From positions 672,001-736,000 of the forward strand of contig CAVVPN010000003.1 in NCBI GenBank assembly GCA_963750165.1: DNA of 64,000 nt, in the 5' to 3' direction. The translations under genes and the position numbers were made by a program. The notes beneath the pieces were generated by a model that worked only from the letters and a program-made list of their open reading frames with translations, searched no databases and was not told the DNA's origin. This document shows, piece after piece, positions 41,836-52,453 of this stretch. This stretch comes from an uncultured Gemmataceae bacterium. Lineage in GTDB: Bacteria; Planctomycetota; Planctomycetia; Gemmatales; Gemmataceae. Within the stretch, counting starts at the first letter, position 1; every line of letters begins with the position of its first letter.

Positions 41836-42435
41836 GTGCCGCGCAAGAGACTTCTGCCAGTGCGAACGCGAACTCCCTGCCAGCCCGACAAGATGCTTGA
41901 AGCCGCCGCCCAGTTGTTCTGTGGCCAGCGCTTCCATGAAGTGCGCATGGAGGACATCGCCGCCGCGGCTGGCGTCGGCAAGGGTACGCTGTACCGCTAC
42001 TTCAGCGACAAGGAGGCCCTGTACCGCGCGCTGCTGGCGCGGGCCTCGCAGCAGATCCTCGACCAGCTGGAGGAGACCGTGACGCCGGCCCTGTCCGCCC
42101 GCGACCAGCTGGCGGCGCTGGTGCAGACCTGTCTGACGTTCTTCGACGAGCAGCCGCACGTCGCCGACCTGATCCAGCGGCAGGAAGTGTTTTCCGCGAC
42201 CGGCTCCGGCAAGGACTTTCCCTGGCAGGAGGTCCGCGATCGCTTCAACCAGCGCGTGCTGGACATCTTCGAGCACGGCCGCGCGGAAAAAGTCTTCCAC
42301 GTCCGTGACCCACTGACGGCGATGCACATGCTGCTGGGCGGCCTGCGCAGCGTCATCCGCTACACCCATCCGCCGCGGCCGGCCAACCTCGCCGCCCATA
42401 TCGTCAGCGACTTCCTCAACGGCGCCGGCGCCTGA
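41836..42435 (+). CDS. TetR/AcrR family transcriptional regulator
   Basis: LEAAAQLF...FHEVRMEDIAAAAGVGKGTLYRYFSDKEALY. Confidence 0.92.
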   Translation: MPRKRLLPVRTRTPCQPDKMLEAAAQLFCGQRFHEVRMEDIAAAAGVGKGTLYRYFSDKEALYRALLARASQQILDQLEETVTPALSARDQLAALVQTCLTFFDEQPHVADLIQRQEVFSATGSGKDFPWQEVRDRFNQRVLDIFEHGRAEKVFHVRDPLTAMHMLLGGLRSVIRYTHPPRPANLAAHIVSDFLNGAGA

Positions 42436-42456
42436 CGCTGGCCCCGCCCCGCGACT

Positions 42457-42948
42457 TCACTGCGCCTGCAAGGGCCTGGCGAACACCTGAGTGTAGTAGA
42501 CCTCGCCGTTGGCGCTGGTGGCCAGGCCCAGGCCGACCTCGGTGAACTCCCCGCCCAGGATGTTTTCGCGGTGGATCTTTGAGCCCATCCAGCCGCGCAT
42601 GATGTCTTCCATCGTCACGCCGCCGAAGGCGATGTTCTCGGCGATCTCCGCGTAGCGGTAGCCGGCCTTCTTGGCCCGGCCGCCTGGCGTCAAGCCGTCG
42701 ATTTTGTGCTCCAGTTTTTCGAGTTTGGCCATGTTCGCCGCGTGGCCGCGGGCGGCGGCGAACAGCCGGGCGTTCGGCTTCAGCGCCGGCAGCTTTTGCT
42801 TCGCCCGCTCGGCGTTGGTCAGTTCGAGCAACTTCTTCTCGGCGTCGCTCAACTTCAGCTCGGGTGCTTTCTGTTTGCCGCCGCCGCCGGCCGCGAGACC
42901 GACGCCGCAAACCGCCACGAGCACCGCGGTCAATACAATTCGGGTCAT
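42457..42948 (-). CDS. CAP (SCP) domain protein, exported
   Basis: TNAERAK..LPALK, AARGHAANM, AENIA, WMGSKIHRENIL, EVGLG. Confidence 0.9.
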   Translation of the reverse strand: MTRIVLTAVLVAVCGVGLAAGGGGKQKAPELKLSDAEKKLLELTNAERAKQKLPALKPNARLFAAARGHAANMAKLEKLEHKIDGLTPGGRAKKAGYRYAEIAENIAFGGVTMEDIMRGWMGSKIHRENILGGEFTEVGLGLATSANGEVYYTQVFARPLQAQ

Positions 42949-43077
42949 CCGTTCTCCTCCTCGCCAGGTGGCGAAAGCGTGATGCCTCGGCCCTTCCAAT
43001 TTGCACGGACGGCGGCCGCGATGCAACAGGAATTGGCCGTTTCACAGCGCTCGGCCCATAAAATGAGGTTCCCACCC

Positions 43078-43973
43078 ATGACGGCAGCGACGTTCAACCT
43101 GCAAGGCCACCGTGGCGCCCGCGGCCTGGTGCCCGAAAATACGCTGCCCGCTTTCGAGACGGCCCTCGACCTCGGCGTCAGCTCCATCGAAACCGACATC
43201 CACCTGACGCGCGACAGCGTGCCGGTGCTGGCCCATGACCCGATCGTCAGCGCCCGCATTTTTCGCTTGCTCCCCGACAGCGCCAGCCCCGACCCTGCCC
43301 GGCGACCGCTGCTCCGCCATCTTACCCTGGCCGAGCTGCGCGGCTACGTTGCCGACCGCAACCCCGACCCGTCGCGCTTCCCCGGACAACGCACCGTGCT
43401 GACGCCGATGGCCGAATGGTACGCGCGGCAGCACCACCTGCACTGCTACAGCCCGCCCACGCTGACCGACCTGTTCAGCCTGTGGCAGGCGTACGTCAGC
43501 AGCGCGGCCGGGCCAACGGACCACGCCCGGCGAGTGGTGTTTGACCTGGAGTTGAAGCGCGTCCCCTTCCACGCCGAAACGGACGGTGAGCTGGAGCGGC
43601 GCGTGCTGGAGGTGGTGGCGCAGCCGGCGTCCTGAGTCAGACGGTGGTGCGCAGCTTCGACCACCGCAGCGTGCTGGCCCTGCGGCGGCTGGAACCGGGC
43701 CTGACCGCCGCCGTGCTGGTGGCGAACACCGCGCCGGTGCGGCCGGTCGAGCTGATGCGCGCCGCCGACGCTCAAATCTACTGCCCGGACGTGAACTTCC
43801 TGGACGAACTCCAGGTGCGGCAGCTGCACGAGGCTGGTGTGCGTGTGCAGCCGTGGACCGTCAACGACGAGGTGAGCTGGGAGCGGTTGCTGGCCTGGGG
43901 CGTGGACGGCATCACCACCGATTTTCCAGATCGGTTGGCGGATTTCCTTCGTCGCCGTGGCGTGACGTGGTAA
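43078..43973 (+). CDS. Glycerophosphodiester phosphodiesterase; frameshift near 43620
   Basis: GHRGARGLVPENTL, IETDIH, AHD, LELK, then (shifted frame) RSFD...WTVND...GVDGITTDFP. Confidence 0.87.
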
Positions 43974-44047
43974 GGTGTGGAAAACACCCCCTCACCCCCA
44001 ACCCCTCTCCCCCTGAAGGGGGCGAGGGGGTCAAGAAGGATGTTCCA

Positions 44048-44449
44048 ATGCCGACCGACGCCGCCGCCCTGCTCGACGCCGCCCGCCGCGTCCGCCTGAA
44101 CGCCGCCGCCGACTTCTCGCACTTCCAGGTGGGTGCCGCCCTGGAAACCGACGACGGTCACATCATCACCGGCTGCAACGTCGAGAACGCCACCTACGGC
44201 CTGACCGTCTGCGCCGAGCGCGTGGCCGTCTTCAAGGCCATCTCGGAGGGCCATCGCCGCTTTCGCCGCGTTGCGGTCATCGCCGACACCGGCGCCCCGA
44301 CGCCACCGTGCGGCGCCTGCCGCCAGATCCTCTGGGAGTTCGGCGGCGACCTGGAAGTGATCCTCGGCAACCTCGAACGCGAAACTGTCCGCTACCAACT
44401 GCGCGACCTGCTGCCGTTGCCCTTCGACGCGCGGTTGCTGCGCGAATGA
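44048..44449 (+). CDS. cdd: Cytidine deaminase
   Basis: FQVGAAL, GCNVENATYGLTVCAER, PCGACRQ, LLPLPF. Confidence 0.93.
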   Translation: MPTDAAALLDAARRVRLNAAADFSHFQVGAALETDDGHIITGCNVENATYGLTVCAERVAVFKAISEGHRRFRRVAVIADTGAPTPPCGACRQILWEFGGDLEVILGNLERETVRYQLRDLLPLPFDARLLRE

Positions 44450-44474
44450 CGCCGGAACCTGCTTCTTCGGCGCC

Positions 44475-44996
44475 TCAGCGTTCGCCGGGCGGCTTGGCTG
44501 GGGCCTCCTTGAGCCGGGCGCGCAGCCGGGCCACCAGAATACTCTTGGATACCTGGCCCGGCCTGGCTGGGGCAGCCTCGATTTCGGCGGGGGCATCCGG
44601 TTCGGCGTCCGCCGGCTTGCCCGCCACCGACGCGACCGGCGCCGTTGGCAGCAGGTTGCCATCGTCGCCGTCGTCGGCCGGGGCCGCTCCCTCGGGCGGC
44701 AACTCCGCCGTCTCGTCGCCTGACAGCGACTGGGGCTTGATCAGGAACGAATTGGCCTCCACCTCGGTCATCTTCTTGTTGACCGTCAGGAAGTTGACCT
44801 GGTCGAGCGGCACGATCACCACGCGGCCGGCGTCCATCGACCCAGCCATGCGGCCGCGCACGATGATGAAGTCGCGCTCCAGGCGGATGATGGACTGGAT
44901 CACGACCTCCGCCCCCGTGGTCAGGACGAGGGCAAGCGTCCCGTGCAGTTCGGCGGGGATGCGGCGTAGCAGGGACACCCAGGCCAGGCCTTGCAT
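44475..44996 (-). CDS. Hypothetical protein
   Basis: Globular N-terminal half, acidic Pro/Ala linker, basic tail; AGGAGG RBS. Confidence 0.75.
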   Translation of the reverse strand: MQGLAWVSLLRRIPAELHGTLALVLTTGAEVVIQSIIRLERDFIIVRGRMAGSMDAGRVVIVPLDQVNFLTVNKKMTEVEANSFLIKPQSLSGDETAELPPEGAAPADDGDDGNLLPTAPVASVAGKPADAEPDAPAEIEAAPARPGQVSKSILVARLRARLKEAPAKPPGER

Positions 44997-45036
44997 GTCA
45001 GCCTCCTGTCGGCAACGGTGCAGAACGCGGCCCGGC

Positions 45037-47622
45037 TCAGGGAGTCAGCTCCAGCCACTCCGTGTACAGCGACCCACCGCCCTGCTCCTTGCGCCAGAAG
45101 ACGCGGACGCGGGTGCGGTCGTCGTGGTTGCCCTGGCACTCCAGCAGCCGCTCGGCGTTGATTTCCTGGCGGCGCGGCCAGCCGAACTGGGCCAGCTGCT
45201 GGTTCCAGACATCCGTCACCAACTTCATGGCGTCCGGTCCCACCACCTTCGCCGAGGCGACCGCATGCCGGGCCAGCACGCGCGAGACGCGGTCGTTGTC
45301 GAACCAGACCAGAACCACGTCGTGGCTGCTGTCCCGGGCCGGCGTCAGCTGCCAGGGGCCGCCGGGCTGGGCCGGCTTCTGATGGGTGAACCGGGCCAGC
45401 ACATCGGTGCGAGCGTCGCCCAGGTGGCAGCCGTCGAGGCCGCGCGCCAGCACCGTCAGCGGCGGTAACGGCACGCCGGCCGGGTGCGCCGCCGGGCAGT
45501 CACGCACGGTCAGCTCGACACCGCTGCCGTCCTGCTGCCAGGTCACCACCGTCGTGTCGTCCTGCCAGCGGTACAGCACCGCCTTGCCCCTGGCCGACCA
45601 GACCGTCGCCCACGGCGCCGGCAGCACCTGCGGCGCGCCGTACTTTTGCTTGAACGTCTCCAGCTTCCGCGCCACCGCGCCGGCCTTGCCGGACCCGTCG
45701 CGGAAGCGGAAGCGGACCTCGGCCACCTTCTTGTCCGCGTCGAAACGCGCCTCCAGTTCCTGCCAGACCAGCCCGCCGACGGCCGGCCGAAGGAAGCGCA
45801 CAGCGAGCACGTCGGGCAGCGCCAGCACGGCCGCCTGATCGTCCGCCGGGAAACGGGCCGTGACCGCGGTGCGGCCCTGGCCCAGCGCCACGCCCTCGAC
45901 CTCGCGGTTCAGGCGCTGTCGCGGCGTGCCGGCCGTGATCCGCTGCCGGCGTTCCGCGGCCTCGCGCTCGCGCACCGTGGCGGCGGTTCGGGCCAGCTGG
46001 TCCGGCGGCGTGCGATCCGCGACCTCCAGGCTCGGGCCGATTTCGACCTTGTTCGGTAGCCGCAGTGTCCAGCGCGTCCGCGCGTCCTGCCAGGACAGAG
46101 TTAGCTGCCCCTCGGGACCGCCGCCGGCCTCGATGTGCGGTGTGCCCGCGACGGCGAACAGCGGCACGGCCAACTTCGCCAGCGATCGCTGCGCCTTCTG
46201 CTCCGCCGTCCACTGCAGCGCCAGCCGCGCCGGCAGGTCGTGCGGGTCCGCCCGGTGCAGGGCCGCCTGCGTCAGCGTCAGGCCGGGCACCGGGTTGGCC
46301 ACGTGTTTCAGGTCGTCGGCGTTTTCCAGCACGAGCGGGTTGCCCTGCTGGTGCAGGGCGATGCGCAGGCGGTTTTGCTCAAAGGACTGGTCCAGCTGCA
46401 CGTCGCCCAGGGTGCGCGGCAGGGTGGCGGAGCCGGCGGGCTGGCCGTCGCTGAAGCGGACGACGGCGCCGACGGCGAAGTTGTGCGGCGTCAGGGCGGC
46501 TTCCCAGACGCCGGCCGGCAGGGTGTAGCGGCGGCGGGTGAGGCCGTCGTGCGTGACCGTTTGCACCTGCCTGGGGGGCACGGACTCTTCGAGGTAGTGG
46601 GCAAGCTGGCCCGGCTGCGGCACGCGCTCGGACTGACGGGTGCGGTAGAGCACCAGCAAGTCGGTCAGGATACCGGCCGGGTCGAAGCAGGCGACGACGT
46701 TCTCGGCGTCGTCGCCGGGCAGCGGCAGGTTGAGCACGTCCAGCGCCCGCGCCACGGCGGTGGGCTGCAGGGCCCGCCTGCTGGGCGCGTCCGCCACGCC
46801 CAGCAGGCGCGCGATCTCGGCCCGGGTGGTCTTGCTGGGCAGCACCGGCGTCGTCGGCACAGAGAATTCGCCCCAGTCTTTCAGGCCAGCCTCGGCGATT
46901 TCGGCCAATTCCGTCACTTCGTGGGCCCGCCAGCGGGCGGCCATCCGCTTGAGGACGAAATGGCCGCGCGGCAGCAGGGCAGCGCCGAGCGGCCCGGCCC
47001 TGGCCTTCGCGTCGAGCACCTTGACGAGCTGCTCGTGCAGCGAGATGAGGCGGCCGGGCTTGAACTGTTCCTCGGCGACGAAGTGGAACTGGGCGTTGTG
47101 CAGCAGCAGCGACACCAGCCGAGTCCACTCAACGGGGTAGTTTTTGGGGCCGGCCAGGGCGTCGATCTGGGCGCGCGTGGCGGTGTCGCCGGGTTCGACC
47201 AGCTTGCGGGCGGCCTCCACGTCGCCGAAGCGGGCCAGGTGCAGGGCCAGGCCGCTGTCTTTGGCCCCTTCGGGCAGGTAGGGCGGCACGCTGAAGCCGA
47301 GGGTTTCGGAATATTTGGCGTCGCGGAAGACCGGCGTGGCCAGCGGCAGGTGCAGGTCCGGCAGGCGGCGGAAGGGCTGGCCGGCGAGCCGATGCTTCTT
47401 GTCAAGGAGGTCGATTTTGGCCTGGACATCCTCGGCCTGGAGGGCGAGGACGGCGCGCGACTTGGTGAGCAGGTCAGCGAAGGAGATTTCGTCCACGAAC
47501 TCGACCGGAATGTCAACATCCGGCGTGACCTCGACCTGCGGCGGTTCCACCTGGCCGGAACAGCCCGCGGACAGAACCAGAAGAAGACCGGCGACCAGGG
47601 CCAGCCAAGCGCGTCGATACAT
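45037..47622 (-). CDS. Large hypothetical lipoprotein
   Basis: 861 aa; lipobox LSAGC after a hydrophobic signal; GAGG RBS. Confidence 0.75.
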   Translation of the reverse strand: MYRRAWLALVAGLLLVLSAGCSGQVEPPQVEVTPDVDIPVEFVDEISFADLLTKSRAVLALQAEDVQAKIDLLDKKHRLAGQPFRRLPDLHLPLATPVFRDAKYSETLGFSVPPYLPEGAKDSGLALHLARFGDVEAARKLVEPGDTATRAQIDALAGPKNYPVEWTRLVSLLLHNAQFHFVAEEQFKPGRLISLHEQLVKVLDAKARAGPLGAALLPRGHFVLKRMAARWRAHEVTELAEIAEAGLKDWGEFSVPTTPVLPSKTTRAEIARLLGVADAPSRRALQPTAVARALDVLNLPLPGDDAENVVACFDPAGILTDLLVLYRTRQSERVPQPGQLAHYLEESVPPRQVQTVTHDGLTRRRYTLPAGVWEAALTPHNFAVGAVVRFSDGQPAGSATLPRTLGDVQLDQSFEQNRLRIALHQQGNPLVLENADDLKHVANPVPGLTLTQAALHRADPHDLPARLALQWTAEQKAQRSLAKLAVPLFAVAGTPHIEAGGGPEGQLTLSWQDARTRWTLRLPNKVEIGPSLEVADRTPPDQLARTAATVREREAAERRQRITAGTPRQRLNREVEGVALGQGRTAVTARFPADDQAAVLALPDVLAVRFLRPAVGGLVWQELEARFDADKKVAEVRFRFRDGSGKAGAVARKLETFKQKYGAPQVLPAPWATVWSARGKAVLYRWQDDTTVVTWQQDGSGVELTVRDCPAAHPAGVPLPPLTVLARGLDGCHLGDARTDVLARFTHQKPAQPGGPWQLTPARDSSHDVVLVWFDNDRVSRVLARHAVASAKVVGPDAMKLVTDVWNQQLAQFGWPRRQEINAERLLECQGNHDDRTRVRVFWRKEQGGGSLYTEWLELTP

Positions 47623-47824
47623 GCCTCACCTGTATGGCAAACGGTGGAACGTCGGGAGATCGAGAACCCGTCACCCAACTATAGGTTCCAACCGGCCGCG
47701 GTGCGGCGAAATCTGCTGGTCCGTGGAAGCAAAAGGGTTGCGGCGCCGGCGGTTCCTGAAACGAACTGGCCCGGCAGCCAGTCAACTGCCGGGCCAGTTC
47801 GTTCCATCGGCACGCAGAGCATTG

Positions 47825-48382
47825 TCAGGGCTGGTTTACCGCCGGTGGCGCGGTTGGAGCGGCTGGGCTGGGAGCAGGCAATTGACGGTCTTCCAGATCG
47901 TTTGGCCCCAAAAGGGGCGGTGCAGCGACAACCGTTGCGCCGAGCCCTCGAACCGCTTCCGGTGCCGCGTGCGCCTGAAGCCACGCCCGCACTTCCCACA
48001 GGTCGAAGAACAATCTGAGAAGCAAATCCATCGCCCGCTGCTGAATCTGCCCTCCGGTTTCCCACCGCGATACCGTTTCCTTGGCCACCTTTAAGTAGTT
48101 TGCCAGTTGCTCTTGTGTCAGGCTCAGGCTTTTTCGCCTGTCGCGAATTTCCTGAGGGGCCAAGAGGCCCGCCTGGGACCGCAGTTCGCCTGTCACTCGC
48201 GCAAGCGCTTCGTCAGGAAGCACGCGGTTGTGACAGGACGAGCATTCCAGGATTTCGAGTTGTGGCACGACAAACGAATAAGCACGGCCGTCGTGTTCCA
48301 TTTCTGCTGGGTAGTCCACGACCGTTGGGCTCAGGGATGGTTTCCCACAGGAGCGGCATTTCCAGGGGTAGGGACGTGTCAT
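47825..48382 (-). CDS. MqsA-like antitoxin (Zn ribbon plus XRE HTH)
   Basis: CRSC...CSSC zinc ribbon; IRDRRKSLSLTQEQLANYLKVAKETVSRWETG. Confidence 0.85.
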   Translation of the reverse strand: MTRPYPWKCRSCGKPSLSPTVVDYPAEMEHDGRAYSFVVPQLEILECSSCHNRVLPDEALARVTGELRSQAGLLAPQEIRDRRKSLSLTQEQLANYLKVAKETVSRWETGGQIQQRAMDLLLRLFFDLWEVRAWLQAHAAPEAVRGLGATVVAAPPLLGPNDLEDRQLPAPSPAAPTAPPAVNQP

Positions 48383-48401
48383 AGAAAAATCTCCAGTCGG
48401 C

Positions 48402-48760
48402 TCATATCCTTCTTGGCGGATGAGCGTTCAAGAGGTTGACGGCAGGTTCATTCGGATCTGGATTGCACAACTCCATTTCAACGTACAACCCACGAGGGAA
48501 CTCCGCGAGTTTCTCGATGATGATTTCGTAATAATTAAACCGCCTCTCTTTGCACAACTCGCGCCCTTCGCGCACGCATTTGATTGGATTTCCGTCAGTA
48601 ATCCATTCCCTGGCGAGTTCCCGGATTTCGCTTGCCGTCAACCCTCGGTTGGCCCCATCTTCTGTCACCCGCAGCGCTTCCTTGTCGTTGATCCAGTCGG
48701 AATTCTGATTCGGCGGCCTTCTTCACAAGGTCTGGTCTGCAATCCTGAGTGTCAATGCGT
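48402..48760 (-). pseudogene. Probable cognate toxin (MqsR/RelE-like position), apparently frameshifted near 48700
   Basis: Directly upstream of the antitoxin. Frame DWINDKEALRV...GLYVEM...LLNAH has an in-frame stop upstream; DLVKKA lies in another frame. Confidence 0.55.
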
Positions 48761-48987
48761 TCAGATTGATCGCTCACGAGCGTTTCCTGTGAATTATGCG
48801 ACACACTTGCTTTACATCAAGTTCGTTTTCGCCGTCGTGGACGTTGGACGTTGCCGTGAAGGGAGCCGACGTACAACGCAGGACTGGCCCGCCTACAACG
48901 GAGCGCAAGACGATCGAGAAGCGCGGTCGGCAAGTAGTTCTTGCCGACCGCGCAAATGTCAACGGGACGTGCGTTGGCGAAGCGGGC

Positions 48988-51900
48988 TCACTCCTTGCGG
49001 AACATCTTGTGATTGCGGTCGCCGCGCGAGTACAGATACGCCACCAGGTCCAGGATTTCCTCGCGGTTCAGCGTGTCGATCAACCCGTCCGGCATCATCG
49101 ACACCTTCGACGGCGCCATCGAGTCGATGTTATCGCGCTTGACGTTGGTGAGCTTGTTCGGGTCGAGCATGTCGGTGTTGATCGTGATGTTGTCGCCAAA
49201 CAGGTTGACGATGCGGCCCGAGATGACGCGGCCATCCGTGGTCGTGATGGCCACCGCCGCGTACTGGTCGCTGATGACCTTGCTCGGCTCAATGATCGAC
49301 TCCAGCAGGTCGCGCGGCCCGAAACGGCCAGAGACGAGCGTCAGGTCCGGGCCGGTGCCGCCGCCCTCGTTGTTGAAGCGGTGGCAGGCGAAACACTTGA
49401 TCTCGCCGAACAGACTGCGGCCGCGGTTGAAGTTGCGGCCTGTCAGCCCCTTCTCCAGCACCGGCACCAGTTCGTCCACCGTGTACTTCTTCACGAGCGG
49501 CCGCTGCTTCCACGCGAACTCCGGCGACTTCGGCGTCGGCACCTTCGCCAGCACCGTCTTCAGGTTCGCCTTCTCCTCCGCGGACAGCGACGCCACCGCG
49601 TCCTTGCGGATGTTGCGCAGGAAGCCGTGGAAGCTGTTGCCGCCGCGGTAGCCCATCGCCTTGTGGAACCAGTTGAAATACGCCTCGCGCTGCGGCTTTG
49701 TCCAGCCGCTCTTGACCGACCGCAACGCCAGGGCGTAATCAATCTGCTCCTCCTGCGTCGGGGCCTTCGCCAGCAGCGCCAGTGTCTTCGCGACGCCGCC
49801 CGGTGCCTCCAGGTACGACACCAGCTTGCACAACTCGGCGTTCACCTCGCGTTCACCGGCGGGGTAGTAGCCGACCAGCCGCTTGCCGACGCGCTCCTTC
49901 CACGCGGCGTCCGGGGCACCCATGCGGATGAAAACCAGCTCATACGCCCGCAGGTAATCGGTCTTTTGCTCCGGCGTCAGCTTCGCCCAGTCCACGCGCC
50001 CCAGCGCCTCCAGGATGCGCGGCTCCAGCTTCTTGTCGCCGACGCGGGCCAGGCCGATCAGGGCGTGCGTCCGTGCCACCGGGTTGGCCTCTTGCAATGC
50101 CTTCTCCTGCCAGGTTGCGGGCGGCTGGAACTCCAGCACGGTACGGGCGGCGTAGCGCAGGAAGCGGTCGTCGCTGCTCAGGTGCGGCCAGGCCGTCTCG
50201 ACCGCCCGCGGATCCTGCTTGCCGTAGTACGCCTCCAGCTGCTTGCGCACCTTTTGCTGCTCGGTCACCCGGGCCTCGCGCGGCGCCGGCGCCGTCGATT
50301 CCTTGCCGGTGTAGGTAACGCGGTACAGCCCCGACATGGTGCTGCGGCCGCCGATGGTGAAGTACAGGGCCCCGTCACGCGGGTTGATGACGATGTCCGT
50401 CAGCGGCAGCGGTGAGCCGTTCAGGAACTCCTCCAGTTCGCCGGTGTAGGTCGCCCCCTTGGGTTGCAGGTGCAGCGCGTACAGTTTGCCGTAACTCCAG
50501 TCGCACAGGTACAGCGCATCCTGGTACTTCGCCGGGAACCTGGCGCCGTAGCCGAAGGCCACTCCGGTCGGGCTGCCGGGGCCGACGTTGGCCACTGGCG
50601 GCAGGTTGTCGGGATAATACTCATACATCTTGCCGGTGCCGCCGCGCCAGCCGAACTCGCTGCCCGGCACCGCATGGCAAACGCGCGTCGGCCGATACCA
50701 CGGCAGGTTCATGTCCCATTCCATGTCGGAGTCGTAGGTGAACAGCTCGCCGGCGCGGTTGAAGGCGGCGTCGTACTCGTTGCGGTAGCCCATCGAGATC
50801 AGTTCCCAGCGCTTGCCGTCCGGGTCCGTCTTGTAGATGCAGCCGGCCGGGGCCATGATGCCGACCGCGTGGCCGCTCGCGTCCCACAGCCGTGGCTGCA
50901 GGAAATCCTCGCCCCAGATTTGCGGCACCTTCGACGAGGTCAGCTTGACCGGCTTCGTGTGGTTGCCGTGCAGCACGTACAGCGATTTGCCGTCCGGCCC
51001 CAGCAGGACCGCGTGCGGCCCGTGTTCGCCGCTGCCCTGGATCGGCCGTAGCAGTTCCTTCGTGTCCAGCACGTCGTCGTTCTTCGACGAGCGCACGCGC
51101 CACAGGCCGCTCTCGTATTTCCGGACGCGGTTGACGACGACGTACAGGCTGTCGAACGCCCAGAGCAGACCCTGCGCCTCGCCGAGGTCCACGGGCAGTT
51201 GTTCGACCTTCGTCTCCTCGGGCTTGCCGCCGAGCGGCGGCGGCGTGATGCGGTACAGCCGGCCGCTCTGGTCCGACGTGATGAGCCGGCCCTTCGGATC
51301 CACGCACATGCTGACCCACGAGCCCTGCGTCTTCTTGGGCACCGAGTACAGCAGCTCCACCTTGAAGTCTTTCTTGACCTTGATTAGCTCAACCGGTGTC
51401 GCCGTCGGCGTCTTCAACTTGGCGGCACCCTGCAGCCTGGCGGCGTTGACCTGCTTCCACGGCGCGGCCCCGAGTTTGGCGACCACCGTGGCCTTCGCCC
51501 ACTGCGCGTCATCGAAGCCAACCTTCGTCCAGCCGTCCGCTGCCTTTTCCGAGACGCGCCAGGTGTCGTCGGTCACGATCAGCGTTTCCTGCTTCGGCCC
51601 GGTGAGGACGAGCCGCAGTACCAGCCCAGCCGGGCCATCGGTGTTGTGCGCCTTGACCGTGATGACGACCCGGACTTCTTTCTGGCCCTTGGCGAGCTTG
51701 GGGAAGGCGTCGGTCACGTCGCGGAAGACGGGGTCCGACCATTCGCTGCTCGCGGCCACCTCGGTGCCGTTGACGTAGACGGTCATCTGGTTATCGCAGG
51801 TGCCATACAGCCGGGCGTTGGTGATGCGATGCTTGACGGCGATTTCCTTGCGGAAGTAGACAGTCTGGTCGGCACGCGGCTGGTCGCCCAGCCAGATCCA

Positions 51901-52023
51901 GGCCGGCTGCGATCTGGCGCCCTTGCCGCCGCCCGTGGGCCCCTGGGCCACGAGCGTGAAGCCCAGTGCGACCACGGCGGCGCACCCCAACCCGGCGATC
52001 CAAACGGGACGGCAGAAAGACAT
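48988..52023 (-). CDS. PVC-type heme-binding membrane-bound dehydrogenase-like protein
   Basis: Signal peptide, beta-sandwich N-domain, propeller (EHGPHA, GYRNEYD, DSDMEWD, GSPTG), HEAT-like repeats, CFACH...GPDLT...SMMPDGL. Confidence 0.88.
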   Translation of the reverse strand: MSFCRPVWIAGLGCAAVVALGFTLVAQGPTGGGKGARSQPAWIWLGDQPRADQTVYFRKEIAVKHRITNARLYGTCDNQMTVYVNGTEVAASSEWSDPVFRDVTDAFPKLAKGQKEVRVVITVKAHNTDGPAGLVLRLVLTGPKQETLIVTDDTWRVSEKAADGWTKVGFDDAQWAKATVVAKLGAAPWKQVNAARLQGAAKLKTPTATPVELIKVKKDFKVELLYSVPKKTQGSWVSMCVDPKGRLITSDQSGRLYRITPPPLGGKPEETKVEQLPVDLGEAQGLLWAFDSLYVVVNRVRKYESGLWRVRSSKNDDVLDTKELLRPIQGSGEHGPHAVLLGPDGKSLYVLHGNHTKPVKLTSSKVPQIWGEDFLQPRLWDASGHAVGIMAPAGCIYKTDPDGKRWELISMGYRNEYDAAFNRAGELFTYDSDMEWDMNLPWYRPTRVCHAVPGSEFGWRGGTGKMYEYYPDNLPPVANVGPGSPTGVAFGYGARFPAKYQDALYLCDWSYGKLYALHLQPKGATYTGELEEFLNGSPLPLTDIVINPRDGALYFTIGGRSTMSGLYRVTYTGKESTAPAPREARVTEQQKVRKQLEAYYGKQDPRAVETAWPHLSSDDRFLRYAARTVLEFQPPATWQEKALQEANPVARTHALIGLARVGDKKLEPRILEALGRVDWAKLTPEQKTDYLRAYELVFIRMGAPDAAWKERVGKRLVGYYPAGEREVNAELCKLVSYLEAPGGVAKTLALLAKAPTQEEQIDYALALRSVKSGWTKPQREAYFNWFHKAMGYRGGNSFHGFLRNIRKDAVASLSAEEKANLKTVLAKVPTPKSPEFAWKQRPLVKKYTVDELVPVLEKGLTGRNFNRGRSLFGEIKCFACHRFNNEGGGTGPDLTLVSGRFGPRDLLESIIEPSKVISDQYAAVAITTTDGRVISGRIVNLFGDNITINTDMLDPNKLTNVKRDNIDSMAPSKVSMMPDGLIDTLNREEILDLVAYLYSRGDRNHKMFRKE

Positions 52024-52453
52024 GGTCTCCCCTTTTGCGCACAAGCTGATGAAAATCAACGGCGGGTCATGGAGGGGATTGTACCGCGCCGCGGGGCACT
52101 CGGGGCAAGAAAAAGCACGTTCCACCGCCCGGTTGCAGCTGCCAACAGCCGCGCGGCCGCCGAACCGAGACCGCATTTCCCTCCGTGCCTGCCCATCCTG
52201 ACGCCCGCACGAACCGCCGATCCTGACGGTTTTGACTGACCTGACAACTTTACCGCTGGACAGGGGAAATTCCAGGTAAATCCGCGGCGTTGTCTCTTGT
52301 AAGGCTCAAGTCGCGGATTACGCTGAGTGTGGATGGTTTGCGACCTCAGCCAAGAAGGTCGTGCGAGGGTGAATGGCGTTCTCCAGCTCGGAGCTGGGGC
52401 ATACGTCGAGGCCAAAGCGCAAGCACACGCATCCCGCGGAAGGAGAATGTGCC

